This document shows, piece by piece, positions 10,125-22,700 of a stretch of DNA of 64,000 nucleotides. Both the position numbers and the translations under genes were made by a program. The notes beneath the pieces were generated by a model. The model was not told where the DNA came from. It saw nothing but the letters and a program-made list of their open reading frames with translations, and ran no database searches. Each line of letters starts with the position of its first letter. Position 1 is the stretch's first letter. The stretch is from an uncultured delta proteobacterium (lineage in GTDB: Bacteria > Myxococcota_A > Polyangia > Palsa-1104), in contig CAWAWS010000007.1 in NCBI GenBank assembly GCA_963785725.1, forward strand, positions 576,001 through 640,000, written 5' to 3'.

Positions 10125-11164
10125 CGCGCGCCGGAGAGCTGCTCATCGTCGGATTCGAAGGCAAAGAGGCGCCGCCCGAGCTGCTGTCGCGCATCGGCGC
10201 CGGGCGCGTCGGCGGCGTCATCTTGTTCGCGCGCAACTTGGGCACGCCCGACGAGATCGCGGCCTTGACCGCGGCGCTGCAAGCGGCGACGCCGGCCGAC
10301 GCGCCGCCGCTCATCGTCAGCGTCGACCAAGAGGGCGGGCGCGTGCAGCGCGTGAAAGCGCCGCTGACGGTGTGGCCGGCGATGGCGCGCGTCGCGGCCG
10401 TCGGCGATCCGGCGTACACCGAAGCCGTCGGACGCGCGATCGGCCTGGAAGTGGCGGCGCTCGGCTTCAACGTCGACTACGCGCCGGTGCTCGACGTGCA
10501 CACCAACGCCGACAATCCCATCATCGGCGATCGCGCGTTCGGCACCGAGCCGCAAGCGGCGGCGGGGCAGGCGTTGGCGTTTTGGCGCGGCCTCGAGTCG
10601 GCGGGCGTGCGCGGCTGCGGCAAGCATTATCCCGGTCACGGCGACACGGCGACGGATTCGCATTTGACGCTGCCGAAAGTCGACGCCAAGGAGCAGCGGC
10701 TGCGCGAGATCGAGCTGGCTCCGTTCGTCGCGGCGGCCAATGCGCGCGTGCCGATGTTCATGACGGCGCACGTCGTCTATCCGGCCGTCGACGTCGAGCC
10801 GGCGACGCTGTCGCATCGCTGGCTGACCGAGATACTGCGCGATCAGCTCGGCTATCGCGGCGTCGTCGTCTCCGACGATCTCGACATGAAGGCCGTGCAC
10901 GAGCGCTGGTCGACGCGCGAGGTCGTGGCGCGCAGCTTGGCCGCCGGCGCCGATTGCTTCTTGGCCTGCCGCGACCCGGGCGTGCAGGCCGAGGCCGAGG
11001 CCGTGCTCGACGAGAATATGGCGCGCGGCGAAGACGGCGGCCGCGCGGCGGCGTCGATCGAGCGCGTGCGCGGCTTTCGCGCGACGTTGGCGCGCGCGCC
11101 GGCGGGATCTTGGCGCGCGCTGCCGCTCGACGAGCACGCCCGCTTGGCCGCGCGCGCGCAATAG
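10121..11164 (+). CDS. nagZ: Beta-N-acetylhexosaminidase (GH3)
   Basis: GGVILFARN, VDQEGGRVQR, KHYPGHG-D-x-x-DSH and SDDLDM motifs; ATGA overlap with the upstream stop. Confidence 0.95.
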   Translation: MTRAGELLIVGFEGKEAPPELLSRIGAGRVGGVILFARNLGTPDEIAALTAALQAATPADAPPLIVSVDQEGGRVQRVKAPLTVWPAMARVAAVGDPAYTEAVGRAIGLEVAALGFNVDYAPVLDVHTNADNPIIGDRAFGTEPQAAAGQALAFWRGLESAGVRGCGKHYPGHGDTATDSHLTLPKVDAKEQRLREIELAPFVAAANARVPMFMTAHVVYPAVDVEPATLSHRWLTEILRDQLGYRGVVVSDDLDMKAVHERWSTREVVARSLAAGADCFLACRDPGVQAEAEAVLDENMARGEDGGRAAASIERVRGFRATLARAPAGSWRALPLDEHARLAARAQ

Positions 11165-11371
11165 CGCGACTCCCAAGGCGCGCACGCTCACTAGCGGCGT
11201 CGCGCGTTCGCAGCGTTAGCGCGCGTGCTGTCTCGTCGCCGGCACAGCCGCGCGACGCGACGATGACGATCGCGAAGAGAGCTCGCGCGCACCTTGCCGC
11301 GCACAGCGGCTGCGTGCGAGCGTTCGCCGCGCTCGCGAGCCCGCGAGCTACTGCCGAGGAGCGGCCGACCC

Positions 11372-13807
11372 ATGCGCAGCAGCACACGTACGGCGCTCGC
11401 TTCGAGCGCGATTCTGGTCAGCATGTTGTCCACGCTGCTCGGCAGCGGCTGCGGCAGCGACGGCAGCCAAGCTGACGGCGGCGCCACGCACGACCATGAC
11501 GACTTGAGCGCGAGCAGCGGCGCCGACCTCGGTCACGCCGGCAGCGACGACGACGGAGGCAGCAGCGTCGACGGCGGCGCGCCCGACCTGGCCGAAGCCG
11601 TCGCGCGCTACACCGATCTCGTCGACCCGTTCATCGGCACGGCGGGCACCAAGAGCATCAACTGCTTCCCCGGCGCCGTGTTGCCGTGGGGCATGGTCGC
11701 GGCCAGCCCCGACACGACCGTCTCGACGGGAACGCCGGCCAGCGGCACGCACGCGTCCGGCTACTTGTCCGAAGACGACCTCATCCAAGGCTTCTCGCAC
11801 ACGCGTTTGCAGGGCACGAGCACGCCCGACATCGGCGTCGTCATGCTCATGCCGGCCGTCGGCGCCGCGGCGTCGCTCATCACCGAAGCCGGCTACCACT
11901 CGACGTACGACAAGACGACGGAAGCAGCCTCGCCCGGCTATTACGCGGTGACGCTGACGAAGCCGAACGTGCGCGCCGAAATGACGGTCACGCGGCGCGG
12001 CGCGCACCATCGCTACACGTTCGTGTCGGCGCCGGCCGGCGGCGTCGGCCAAGTCGTGCTCGACCTCGGCCACGCCATGATCGGCACCAACATCATCGAC
12101 GCGCAGCTGGCCGTGAACGGCAGCGTCCTCGAAGGCTACACGACGCCGAGCGGCCGCTTTTCCGGTCCGTCGGTCGGCGGCCTCAAGACCTACTTCTCGA
12201 TTCAGTTCGATCCCGCGCCCACTTCCGTTTCGACGTGGACGGGCACGACCATCGACGCCACGACGACGAGCCGCAGCGGCACGAAGATCGGCGCCGTCGC
12301 CTCGTTCGCCGTCGCCGCCGGCACGCAGATTCACGCGCGCGTCGGCATCTCCTACGTCGACGTCGCCGGCGCGCGCGGCAATCGCGTCGCCGAGCTGCAG
12401 ACGCTCGACTTCGACGGCGACAAGCAGCGCGCCAGCGACGCCTGGCAGACGCAGCTCGCCGCCGTCCGCTTCACCGGCGGCACCGACGCCGAGCGCACGA
12501 TCATGGCCACCGCGCTCTATCACTCGATGGTCGTGCCGTCGCTGGTCACCGACGTCGATGGGCGTTATCACGGCTTCGACAACGCCACGCACACGGCGAC
12601 GTTCGACTATCACACCAATTTCTCGATGTGGGACACCTATCGCACGGTGCATCCGCTGCTCGATCTCGTGCGGCCGGCGCAGCAGAGCAACTTGTCGCAG
12701 TCGCTGATTCAGATGGCGCGCGAAGGCGGCTATTTCCCGCGCTGGCCCATGGGTCACGGCTATCCCAACATCACCGCCGGCTCGCCCGCCGACGTCGTCG
12801 TCGCCGAGTCCTATCTGCGCGGCGTGCGCGGCTTCGACCCGTCGGAGGCCGTCGACCTCATGCTGAAGGAGGTCGACAGCCCGCCGCCGCCCGGCAGCCA
12901 ACACAGCGGCCGCGAAGGCCTCGCCAGCTACCTGTCGGTAGGCTACGTCCCCGTCGGTACGGTCGTGCCCGGCGTCGGCGCGCGCGTCGTCGTGCGCACG
13001 CTCGAATACAACGTCGCCGACGCCTCCATCTCGGCGTTGGCGACGGCCATCGGCCGCACCGCCGACGCCACGCGCTCGCACACCTGGTCGCAGAGCTATC
13101 ACACGCTCTGGGACACGAGCACCAACGTCTTCCGTGGCAAGAACGCCGACGGCACATGGACGACGCCGTTCAACCCGCTCACCGACGACGAGAACCTCTA
13201 CTACGGCGCCAACGGGTTGCAGTATTCGTGGCTGGTGCCGCAGGACATGTTGGGCCTCATGGCGCTGCACGGCTCGCCCGATCTGATGACGACGCACTTG
13301 ACGTCGTTCTTCACGCAGGCGCAGGCGGCGATCGCGGCCAATCAGCCGGCGAATTACTACATTCAAGGCAACGAGCCCGACATCAACGCGGCGTTTCTCT
13401 TTTTGGCGGCGGGCCATCCCGAGCTGACGCAGCGCTGGGTCGATTGGGCGGCCACGTCGTTCTACTCGACGGCGCACGACGGCCTGCCCGGCAACGAAGA
13501 CGCGGGCGCGCTCTCGGCTTGGTACGTCTTGAGCGCGCTCGGCCTCTATCCGGCGACGGCGACCAACGTCTGGCTCATCGGCCGTCCCAGCTTCCCGCGC
13601 GTCGAGCTCAGCGTGCAAAACGGCACCCTCGTCCTCGATGCGCCGCTGGCCAGCCCGACCAACATCTACGTGCAGAACGTGACCTGGAACGGCGTCGTGC
13701 TCGCGCATCCGTGGATCACGCAAGATCAGATCGCCAACGGCGGCACGCTGCACTTCGACATGGGCCCGCAACCCGGCACGTGGGGCACGAACTTCGGCAG
13801 CTTCTAG
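11372..13807 (+). CDS. GH92 family alpha-mannosidase, probable lipoprotein
   Basis: VDPFIGT, FPGAVLPWGM, ASPGYY, SMWDTYR, TLEY, GNEP and GNEDAGALSAWY motifs; GAGGAG RBS; LGSGC lipobox-like segment. Confidence 0.92.
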   Translation: MRSSTRTALASSAILVSMLSTLLGSGCGSDGSQADGGATHDHDDLSASSGADLGHAGSDDDGGSSVDGGAPDLAEAVARYTDLVDPFIGTAGTKSINCFPGAVLPWGMVAASPDTTVSTGTPASGTHASGYLSEDDLIQGFSHTRLQGTSTPDIGVVMLMPAVGAAASLITEAGYHSTYDKTTEAASPGYYAVTLTKPNVRAEMTVTRRGAHHRYTFVSAPAGGVGQVVLDLGHAMIGTNIIDAQLAVNGSVLEGYTTPSGRFSGPSVGGLKTYFSIQFDPAPTSVSTWTGTTIDATTTSRSGTKIGAVASFAVAAGTQIHARVGISYVDVAGARGNRVAELQTLDFDGDKQRASDAWQTQLAAVRFTGGTDAERTIMATALYHSMVVPSLVTDVDGRYHGFDNATHTATFDYHTNFSMWDTYRTVHPLLDLVRPAQQSNLSQSLIQMAREGGYFPRWPMGHGYPNITAGSPADVVVAESYLRGVRGFDPSEAVDLMLKEVDSPPPPGSQHSGREGLASYLSVGYVPVGTVVPGVGARVVVRTLEYNVADASISALATAIGRTADATRSHTWSQSYHTLWDTSTNVFRGKNADGTWTTPFNPLTDDENLYYGANGLQYSWLVPQDMLGLMALHGSPDLMTTHLTSFFTQAQAAIAANQPANYYIQGNEPDINAAFLFLAAGHPELTQRWVDWAATSFYSTAHDGLPGNEDAGALSAWYVLSALGLYPATATNVWLIGRPSFPRVELSVQNGTLVLDAPLASPTNIYVQNVTWNGVVLAHPWITQDQIANGGTLHFDMGPQPGTWGTNFGSF

Positions 13808-13813
13808 CGCTTA

Positions 13814-13894
13814 CTTATTGTCACTTCGACAATAAGCCCAGACTTCGCGTCACCGCGACAATAAGGTTCGACTTACTGTCGAATCGACAGTAAC
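13814..13894. repeat. Three tandem 23-bp palindromes (9-5-9) at 29-bp period
   Basis: CTTATTGTC-ACTTC-GACAATAAG (13814), CTTCGCGTC-ACCGC-GACAATAAG (13843), CTTACTGTC-GAATC-GACAGTAAC (13872). Confidence 0.9.
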
Positions 13895-16040
13895 TACTTG
13901 CGACGCAAGAGCAGCGCTTCGCCGAGCAGCAGCAGCAGCAGCGCGGCGCCGAGCGTGTGCCATAGCTCGACGCGGCGCTTGGGCACCGCTTGCGCCGACG
14001 CCGCGCCGCCGCCGGCCGTGAGCGCGCGCAGCCGCGCGGCGTCGATGGGCGTCGGATCGGACTCGGCCGCGTCCACATCGATGACGAAGCTGGCGTCGGG
14101 CCGCGCCCGCATGACGCCGTCGCGACCGGCGGCGGCGACGCGGTAGATGCCGGGCTCGTCCGTGGCCTCGAAGCCGAGCAGCCGCCGCCCCGCGACCTTG
14201 TCCTTCTCGAACGCCAGCTGCTTGCCCGATGGTTGCGTCACTTCGACGCGAAGGTCGCCGTCGTGCAGCGGGATCTCGTGGCGCTGTCCGACGGTCTGCG
14301 CCGCTTCCGGATCGTGCATGGGCGCGCGGGCGAGATAACGCGTGGCCTGCTGCATGAGCGGCAAGAAGGCCGGCTGAATCGGCAGATCGGTCCAGTCGCG
14401 ATCGAGCGTCGACGCCCACACGAGCACGCGGCCGGCGCCGAGGCGACCTTCGAGCAGCGCCGGCGCGCCGTCGGCAAAGCGCAGGAGAACCTGCCGTTCG
14501 CCTTCGGGGCGCGGGCGAAACAGCGCGTAACGCGAGAAGCGCGCCGCTTGCAATGCCTCGCCCGCCTGCGCGTCGGCGAGCGGCGCGAGCAGCGGATGAT
14601 TGCGGTCGATGCGCCCGAGGCGCATGCCGTCGCCGCCGGCGCGGCGCTCGCCATCGTCGCGATCGGCGGCCGTGGCGCCGACGGTGCGCAGCGTCTGCAG
14701 CGGCTGCGGCAACAGATCGCCGAGCGCGCCGTTGTAAGCGTCGGAGTCGACGTTGTCGCCGAGCGCGATGAAGAGGCCGCCGCCGCTTTGCACGTACTCG
14801 CGCAGCGCGTCGCCGTCGGGCTGCTTGACGTTGCACAAGAAGACGACGTCGAAGTCGGCGAGGCGGCGACCGGCCAATTCGTCGGCGGCGACGGTGCTGA
14901 CGTCGAGCTGTGAGTCGTCGCGATCGCCGGGCCGCAGCGCGGTCTCCAAGTAGAACACTTCGTCGTCGCGGCGCGAGGTGCGCGGATCGCCGTCGACGAC
15001 GAGCACCCTCAGCGCGCGCCGGACTTCGACGCGGGCGAAGCGGCGGTCATCGAGCGGCAGGACGTCGGGCAAAAGCTCGGCGGTGACGTCGTAGACGCCG
15101 AGCTCGCCGCCGCCGGCGCGCGGCTCGAGCACGTGGAAGAAGCGCTTGATGGCGCGCCCGTGCGCCGGCACGTCGACGAGCCCTTTGGCCACGGCGTGCC
15201 CGTCGACGCGCAAGGTCATCGGCAGCTCCTTGACCGCTTGCGCGCCGAAGTTGGCGACGTCGACGGAGATGCGCACGCCGCGCGGCCCGAGATGCGGCGC
15301 CGGCTCGGTGCGCACGTCGACGACGGCGCGGTTGGCGGCCGGGGTCCCGTCGCTGACGTCGACGACGACGAGCTCGGGCCCGCGTCCGGCGGCCCACGGC
15401 GGCTCCGAGCCAAACCCATGCGCCGCCAGATCCGACAACAAGTAGACGCGATGCGCCGGCCGCGATGCCGTCACCAGAATCTGCGCCGCCCGCTTGAGCG
15501 CGCCGGTTATGTCAGTTGCACAATAAGTCGGGCGGATCTGGGCCAGCTCGCGCTGCAGCTTGATGCGATCGCCGGTCAATTGCGCCACCGGCGCGCCGCC
15601 GTCGCGGGAGCCGAGGACGATGGCCACTTCCGAGTCGCTGCCGAGCGCGTCGAGGATGCGGCGCGCGCGATACTTCGCCGTCGCCAGCAGCGTGCGTCCG
15701 CTGCGCTCCGCCGACATCGACAGGGAGTCGTCGATGACGAGCACCGCCGACTGCGCGCCGGCCACCGCCGACGCCGGCAAATCGTGGCTCGTGGCCTCGA
15801 CGAAGGGCTTCGCCAAGATCAGCGGCACCGCGGCGATCGCCAGCGCGCGTAAGAGTAGGAGCAGCCAGCGCTGCAGCTTCGTCCGCCGCGCGACGCGGCG
15901 ATCGCTGCGCTGCAAGAGCTCCATCGCGGCGAAGCGGCGCACGCGCGCGCGGCTGCGGCCGATCAAGTGGATGGCGATGGGGATGGCGAAGGTTATTGTC
16001 GCAATGACGTAACCAGGCGACAGAAAGCCGAGCCCGCTCA

Positions 16041-16041
<1 letters not shown>
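13894..16041 (-). CDS. BatA/VWA domain membrane protein (MoxR-associated)
   Basis: N-terminal FLSP...IPIAIHL BatA motif, MIDAS DDSLSM, LLSD, YV.xGGGL GATase-like segment, WTDLP, C-terminal TM; ATG 16041 overlaps the DUF58 stop. Confidence 0.9.
15505..15527. promoter_or_regulatory. Intragenic copy of the 23-bp palindromic motif
   Basis: GGTTATGTC-AGTTG-CACAATAAG; coding strand reads ACT TAT TGT GCA ACT GAC ATA. Confidence 0.7.
15992..16014. promoter_or_regulatory. Intragenic copy of the 23-bp palindromic motif
   Basis: GTTATTGTC-GCAAT-GACGTAACC; coding strand uses GGT, ATT, ACA and ATA. Confidence 0.7.
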
Positions 16042-16934
<893 letters not shown>

Positions 16935-16947
16935 GTCGACCTAGTTA

Positions 16948-16970
16948 CTTATTGTACGAATGACAATAAG
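16948..16970. promoter_or_regulatory. Intergenic copy of the 23-bp palindromic motif
   Basis: CTTATTGTA-CGAAT-GACAATAAG in the moxR-DUF58 spacer. Confidence 0.85.
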
Positions 16971-16978
16971 TCGGCACG

Positions 16979-17979
<1,001 letters not shown>

Positions 17980-18209
17980 CGGCCGTCAGTGTGCCACGAA
18001 ACGGGCGGCGATGCCCGGCCGTCGACGCGACAATCACGCTGGCCGCGCGCGCGACGACGAGCGACGCGGCCGCGGTCGCGCTCGGCGGTGCGATTGCGCA
18101 CAGCGCGCGCCCGTCGGCCCGTTACGCGCGCGCAACCTCAACGGGCCGTAGGCATTCCATGACCGCGACGCCGCCCAGCTCCGATTTCCAACGACGGGCG
18201 AGACGAAGG

Positions 18210-19736
18210 CTAGCGCAGCATTTGGCAGGCGCGCGCTTCGGCCGCCTCGCGCGCGTCCTTGGTCTTGCCGAACGCGCGCTCGAGCCCGCAGTGGACCGCC
18301 GGATCGAACGGGTTGATCGCCAGCGCCGCCAGCAAATACTGCTGCGCGCGACCGCTGTCACCTTTGGCCAACCAAGCCTCGCCCAGCGTCGCGTTGGGTG
18401 CCGCCTGATCGGGATAGAGCTCGAGCTCGCCTTCGGCGGTCGTGATCGCGCGGCTGGGATCGCCGAGCTCCAAATACGTGCGCGCCAGCTTGTTCGCCAC
18501 CGACGGATGGCCGGGCCCGACGATCGCCGCCGCCTTCTCGTACTCGGTCGCCGCCGCCGCCAGCCGATGCCGCGCGCGCAGCATGCCGCCGAGCCGCGCC
18601 AGCTTGCGCGCCCGCTCTTCGGAGATGTGCGCCGAGTCGTCCTCGCTCGCCTCGGTCGTCTTGGCGCCCGACTTCTTGAACTTCAGCTCCGTCTCCGCCG
18701 GCAACAATCCCGGGTGCAGCCGCAACTTTCGCGTCCGCAGCCACGCGCGCCACTGCGGCTCGAAGTCGTCGAGCGGCTTGCCGTCGCGCAGCTTGCCGAT
18801 GAGCGCGCGCAGCGCCGGCCAGCCGCCTTGCGCGTGCAAGTAGTCGACGACGGTGTAGACCTCGGCGAACGCCAGCGCCGTGTCCTCCTGCGACGGCAGC
18901 TTGGCCATCGACGGATGCATTTGCGCGAACGTAATCAGATGCTTGTGCGCCAAACCCGTCGCCAGCAAGTGCTCCATCACCGGCGTCAACCCGCCGCCGG
19001 AAGGACCACGCCAGCGGCGCTCTTCGAACTTCGCCAGCCCTTCGTGCAGCCAGATCGGCACCGTATTCTTCGAGACGCGCGTCACGATGTAATGCGTGAG
19101 CTCGTGCGTCAGCGTGTCGAGCCACGGATAGCCGGCGATGAGCGCGCGCGGCGACACGATCATGAGCCGGTTGTATTTGCACAAGGCGATCGTCCCCGAC
19201 GTCTCGATCTCTTTGAGCGTCAGCGGCGACACGCGCGCCAGATCGGCCACTTCGGGATAGATCTCGACGCGCACCGGCTCCGACGGACGCCAGCCGAAGT
19301 CGTCGCCGAGCGCCGCGTAGGCGTGCTCGAGCGCGCCGAGCGCATAGTCGGCGAGCAGCGCGTCTTTGCCGGCCGAGTAAGAGACGACGAAGTGCTGTCC
19401 GCGCGCGACCGCATACTCCTTGGTCACGGCGTCGGTCGACTGCGCCAGGTCGCGCATGCGCGCCGCTTCGGCGCCGTTCTCGCCGCGCAACTTGCCGGCC
19501 GCCTCCGCGAACCGCTCGGCGGCGCGCGCGTATTGCCCGTGATGGAAGATCAAGTCGCCGTCGGCGAACGCCACTTCGGGATCGTGCGGCCGCGCGCGCA
19601 AAAGCGGCTCGAGCTCGCGCTGCGCTTCGTCGAGCCGCTGCTCCTCGACGAGCTGATAGACCCGCTCCGCCGACGCTGCGCGCGCAACGCCGCTCGGCAG
19701 TAGGATTACGAGAGCCAGCAGGCAGGCGCGCGTCAT
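18210..19736 (-). CDS. Secreted peptidase MA-like zinc metalloprotease with TPR repeats
   Basis: Signal peptide; HELTH and PIWLHEGLA (gluzincin-type) motifs; flanking TPR-like helices. Confidence 0.85.
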   Translation of the reverse strand: MTRACLLALVILLPSGVARAASAERVYQLVEEQRLDEAQRELEPLLRARPHDPEVAFADGDLIFHHGQYARAAERFAEAAGKLRGENGAEAARMRDLAQSTDAVTKEYAVARGQHFVVSYSAGKDALLADYALGALEHAYAALGDDFGWRPSEPVRVEIYPEVADLARVSPLTLKEIETSGTIALCKYNRLMIVSPRALIAGYPWLDTLTHELTHYIVTRVSKNTVPIWLHEGLAKFEERRWRGPSGGGLTPVMEHLLATGLAHKHLITFAQMHPSMAKLPSQEDTALAFAEVYTVVDYLHAQGGWPALRALIGKLRDGKPLDDFEPQWRAWLRTRKLRLHPGLLPAETELKFKKSGAKTTEASEDDSAHISEERARKLARLGGMLRARHRLAAAATEYEKAAAIVGPGHPSVANKLARTYLELGDPSRAITTAEGELELYPDQAAPNATLGEAWLAKGDSGRAQQYLLAALAINPFDPAVHCGLERAFGKTKDAREAAEARACQMLR

Positions 19737-22700
19737 TTCGCCAGCTCCTCGTAGTAGCGCTTGAGCTGCTCTTTGTACTCGGTCGGCGCGCCGCGCTTCA
19801 TGGCGTCGAGCAGATCCTGGCGGAACTCCTTGGGCGCGCGGAACTCGTCGGCGCCGGGAATGCGCACCGGCTCCTTGTCCATGCGCGTGTCGCCGCTGCC
19901 GTCGCGCGGACGCCGCTCGCGCTGCATCTGCTCCTTCATCTGCGACAGCTTGTCGAGCGCCTGCGACTCCTCGCCGACGGCTTCGCTCGCCGCCTGCCCG
20001 CGCAGCTGGCCGGTCGCGCGCTCCATGTGCTGCCCGGCCTCGCGCAGTCCCGGCTGCATGTCGCGCGGCAGCGGCAGCGCCATCGGCTTGCCGTCGGGCC
20101 CGAGCTTCGGCTTGCCCAGCTCCTTGCCGAGCTCCTGCACGTGCTTGCGCAGCTGATCTTGGCGCTTGGCCAGCTCCGCCAGCTTCTTCTGATCCTCGCT
20201 CGACATCAGCGACGACGGCCGCGGCATCGCCTTGTCCAGCTCGTCGACGACCTCGCGCGCCAGCATCTCATCGTCGCCGACCTGCTCGCGCGTCTTCTTG
20301 AGCTTCGGCGGCGTATGCGTGAAGCCGCGCTGCTCTTCGTCGTGCAGATCCATCGCCATGTTGCGCAGGCCTTCATGCGCTTGCCGCGCCATGCCGCGCG
20401 CCTCGTCGAGATCGCCGGCGCCGAGCGCGCGATCGGTGTCGGCCACGCGCGAACGAATCCGCTGCAGCTCCTCCTGATCGTACGGCGACACCGCCTGCGG
20501 ATCGAGCGCGTCCAGCTGCCGCTTGAGCTTGGCCACCTTGTCGCGCGTCCGCTTCGTCAGCGCGTCGGCCTTGTCCTTCATCTGCCGCTGCACTTCGGCG
20601 CGCGCGCGCTGGCGCACCTGATCGGTCTCGTCCTTGACCCGCTTTTGCTCCTCGGCCAAGTCGGAGATCTTGTTCTCGACCTCGCCCAGCGCCTTTTCTT
20701 CGGGCCCGAAGCGCTGATTGCGATAGCCGCGCAAGTCCTGCTCCATCGACTGCATCATCTTGTCGAGCGACTGCGACATCTTCTCCAGCTCCGCCATCGC
20801 CTTGTCGACGTCGCCGCGCGCCAGCATCTGTCGCAAGTCATCCATGCGCTTCTGCAGATCGTTGTTGCCCATGGCCTCGGCGTTGAGGAACTGATCGGGC
20901 AGCTCCGACGACAGCTGCTTCGCCTTCTCCGCCAGCTCCGCCATCTTGCGCTCGAGCTGCTTCAGCTCCCGCTCGATCTCCTTTTTCACCGCTTCCGAGC
21001 GCGTCTTCTTGTAGTCGCTCATCAGCTGCTTCAGCCGATCGCGCGCCTGCGCCATCTCGTCGGCGACGGCGAGCAGCTCCTCGAGCCGCTGCTTGCCCAG
21101 CAGATCGTCGAGCAAGATGGCGTCGCGCTCGAGCTCGGCGACGTGCGCGCCGTTGCCTTTGTCGAGCGGCCGCGCCGCGCCCGCGTGCTGCGCCGACTTG
21201 CGCCGCTTCTCGCGCAGCTCGGTCAGCAGCTGCTCTTCGTCGTGCACGAGCTTGCCTTGGCGCGCGTGCATCTCGCCCAAGATGGTCTTGCCGTCGCGCG
21301 TCGACGCGCTCTTCGACTTGGGCAGCTCGGCCGCCGACTGCTCGGCGCGCGCCAACGCCAAGAGCAGCGCATCGGCGCGCGAATGAATCCGCGTGTAGCT
21401 CTCGACGAGCGCCTCATCGGTCGCGTCGTGCCTGACCTCGAGCCGATCGCCGAGGAGCTGCACCAGCTCGTCGAGCAGCGCGTTCTCGTCGGCGAGCGCA
21501 CGCTCCGACTTCTCACGCGGGCTGAACATCACCAGCGTCAACGTCTTGGAGTGACCGATGTTCGGCCGCGGCTGATCGTCGTTGTCCTTGGCTTCCAAAT
21601 GATAGGCGACCCGCGCGCCCGGCTTCAGGTCGAGCTCGGCCAAATCCCACTCGAGCTTGCCCGATTGCGCGCGCGCGCCCGGCGGCGGCGTCGCGATCGT
21701 CCGGCGCTGCTCGGCCGTCTCGCCGATCTTCCACACGAGATCGATGGCGCCGAGCCCGTAATCGTCGTCGACCGACCAGGCCAGCTCGACGCGACGCGGG
21801 CCGGCCACCTCCAGCGGATCGGCGGGCGCATACAGATCGACGCGGGGCGCGCGGTCGACGTCGAGATCGATGACGTGCGCCTCCGGCTCGCGCACGCGAT
21901 GGGCACCGACGCCGAGCACGAAGCGCCAGCTGCCGCGCGCGGTGACGTCGAAGCTGACCGACAAATGGCCGTCGTGAACCTCGACCGGCAGCTCGCGCGG
22001 CGGCTGTCCGTCAGTTTCCAGCGCCAGCGCCGCGTCCCGCTCGACGGCGACGAGCGCGCGCGCCGCGACGGTGACGCGCGTGCCCGGCAGCGCCAGCACG
22101 TGGCCGGTCGAGCCGGGAATCACGCGCGGCGGCAAGCCCGTATACGCGGGATACATGAGCGTCAGCTCGACGTCGCCGACGATGGGCTCGACCGACGTCG
22201 TCGCCGGCGGCTCGGCCGACGTCAAGAGCAGCCAGCCGTGCGCGACGCCGGCCGGCCACACCCGCGCGAGGCCGACCAGCAGCGCCAGCGCGACGAAGAG
22301 CGGCCACACATTCGCCAGCCGCCGCACCGGCAACAGGCGGCGCAGGTCGACGCCGCGGGTCAGCTCGGCGGCGCGCTGCCGCTGCGCGCGCGCCAGGGCC
22401 GGCGACAAGATCAGCTCCGCCTCGAGCCGCGGCAGGTCGCGCCCGAGCTCGATCGCCGACCACAGATCGTCGCCGACGTTGGGTTGCAGCTCGCCGATCA
22501 GCCGCGCGACCGCGTCATCACGGCGCCACCGCGCGAGGCCGCGCGCGCCGACGACCGCGCCGACGCCGAGCCCGACGCCGGCCGCCAAGAGCGCGAAAGG
22601 TCGCCAGCCCGCGCCCGGCGCCAACGCCGCGCCGCCGATGAGCGCGACGAGGCCACCCACCGCCGAGGCGCCGCCGCGACCGAGCGCCCACCACAGCTGC

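Noticed and set aside
13814..13894. Mini CRISPR array
   Set aside because: Linkers are only 6 bp, the repeat centres vary, there are no cas genes, and further copies sit inside genes.
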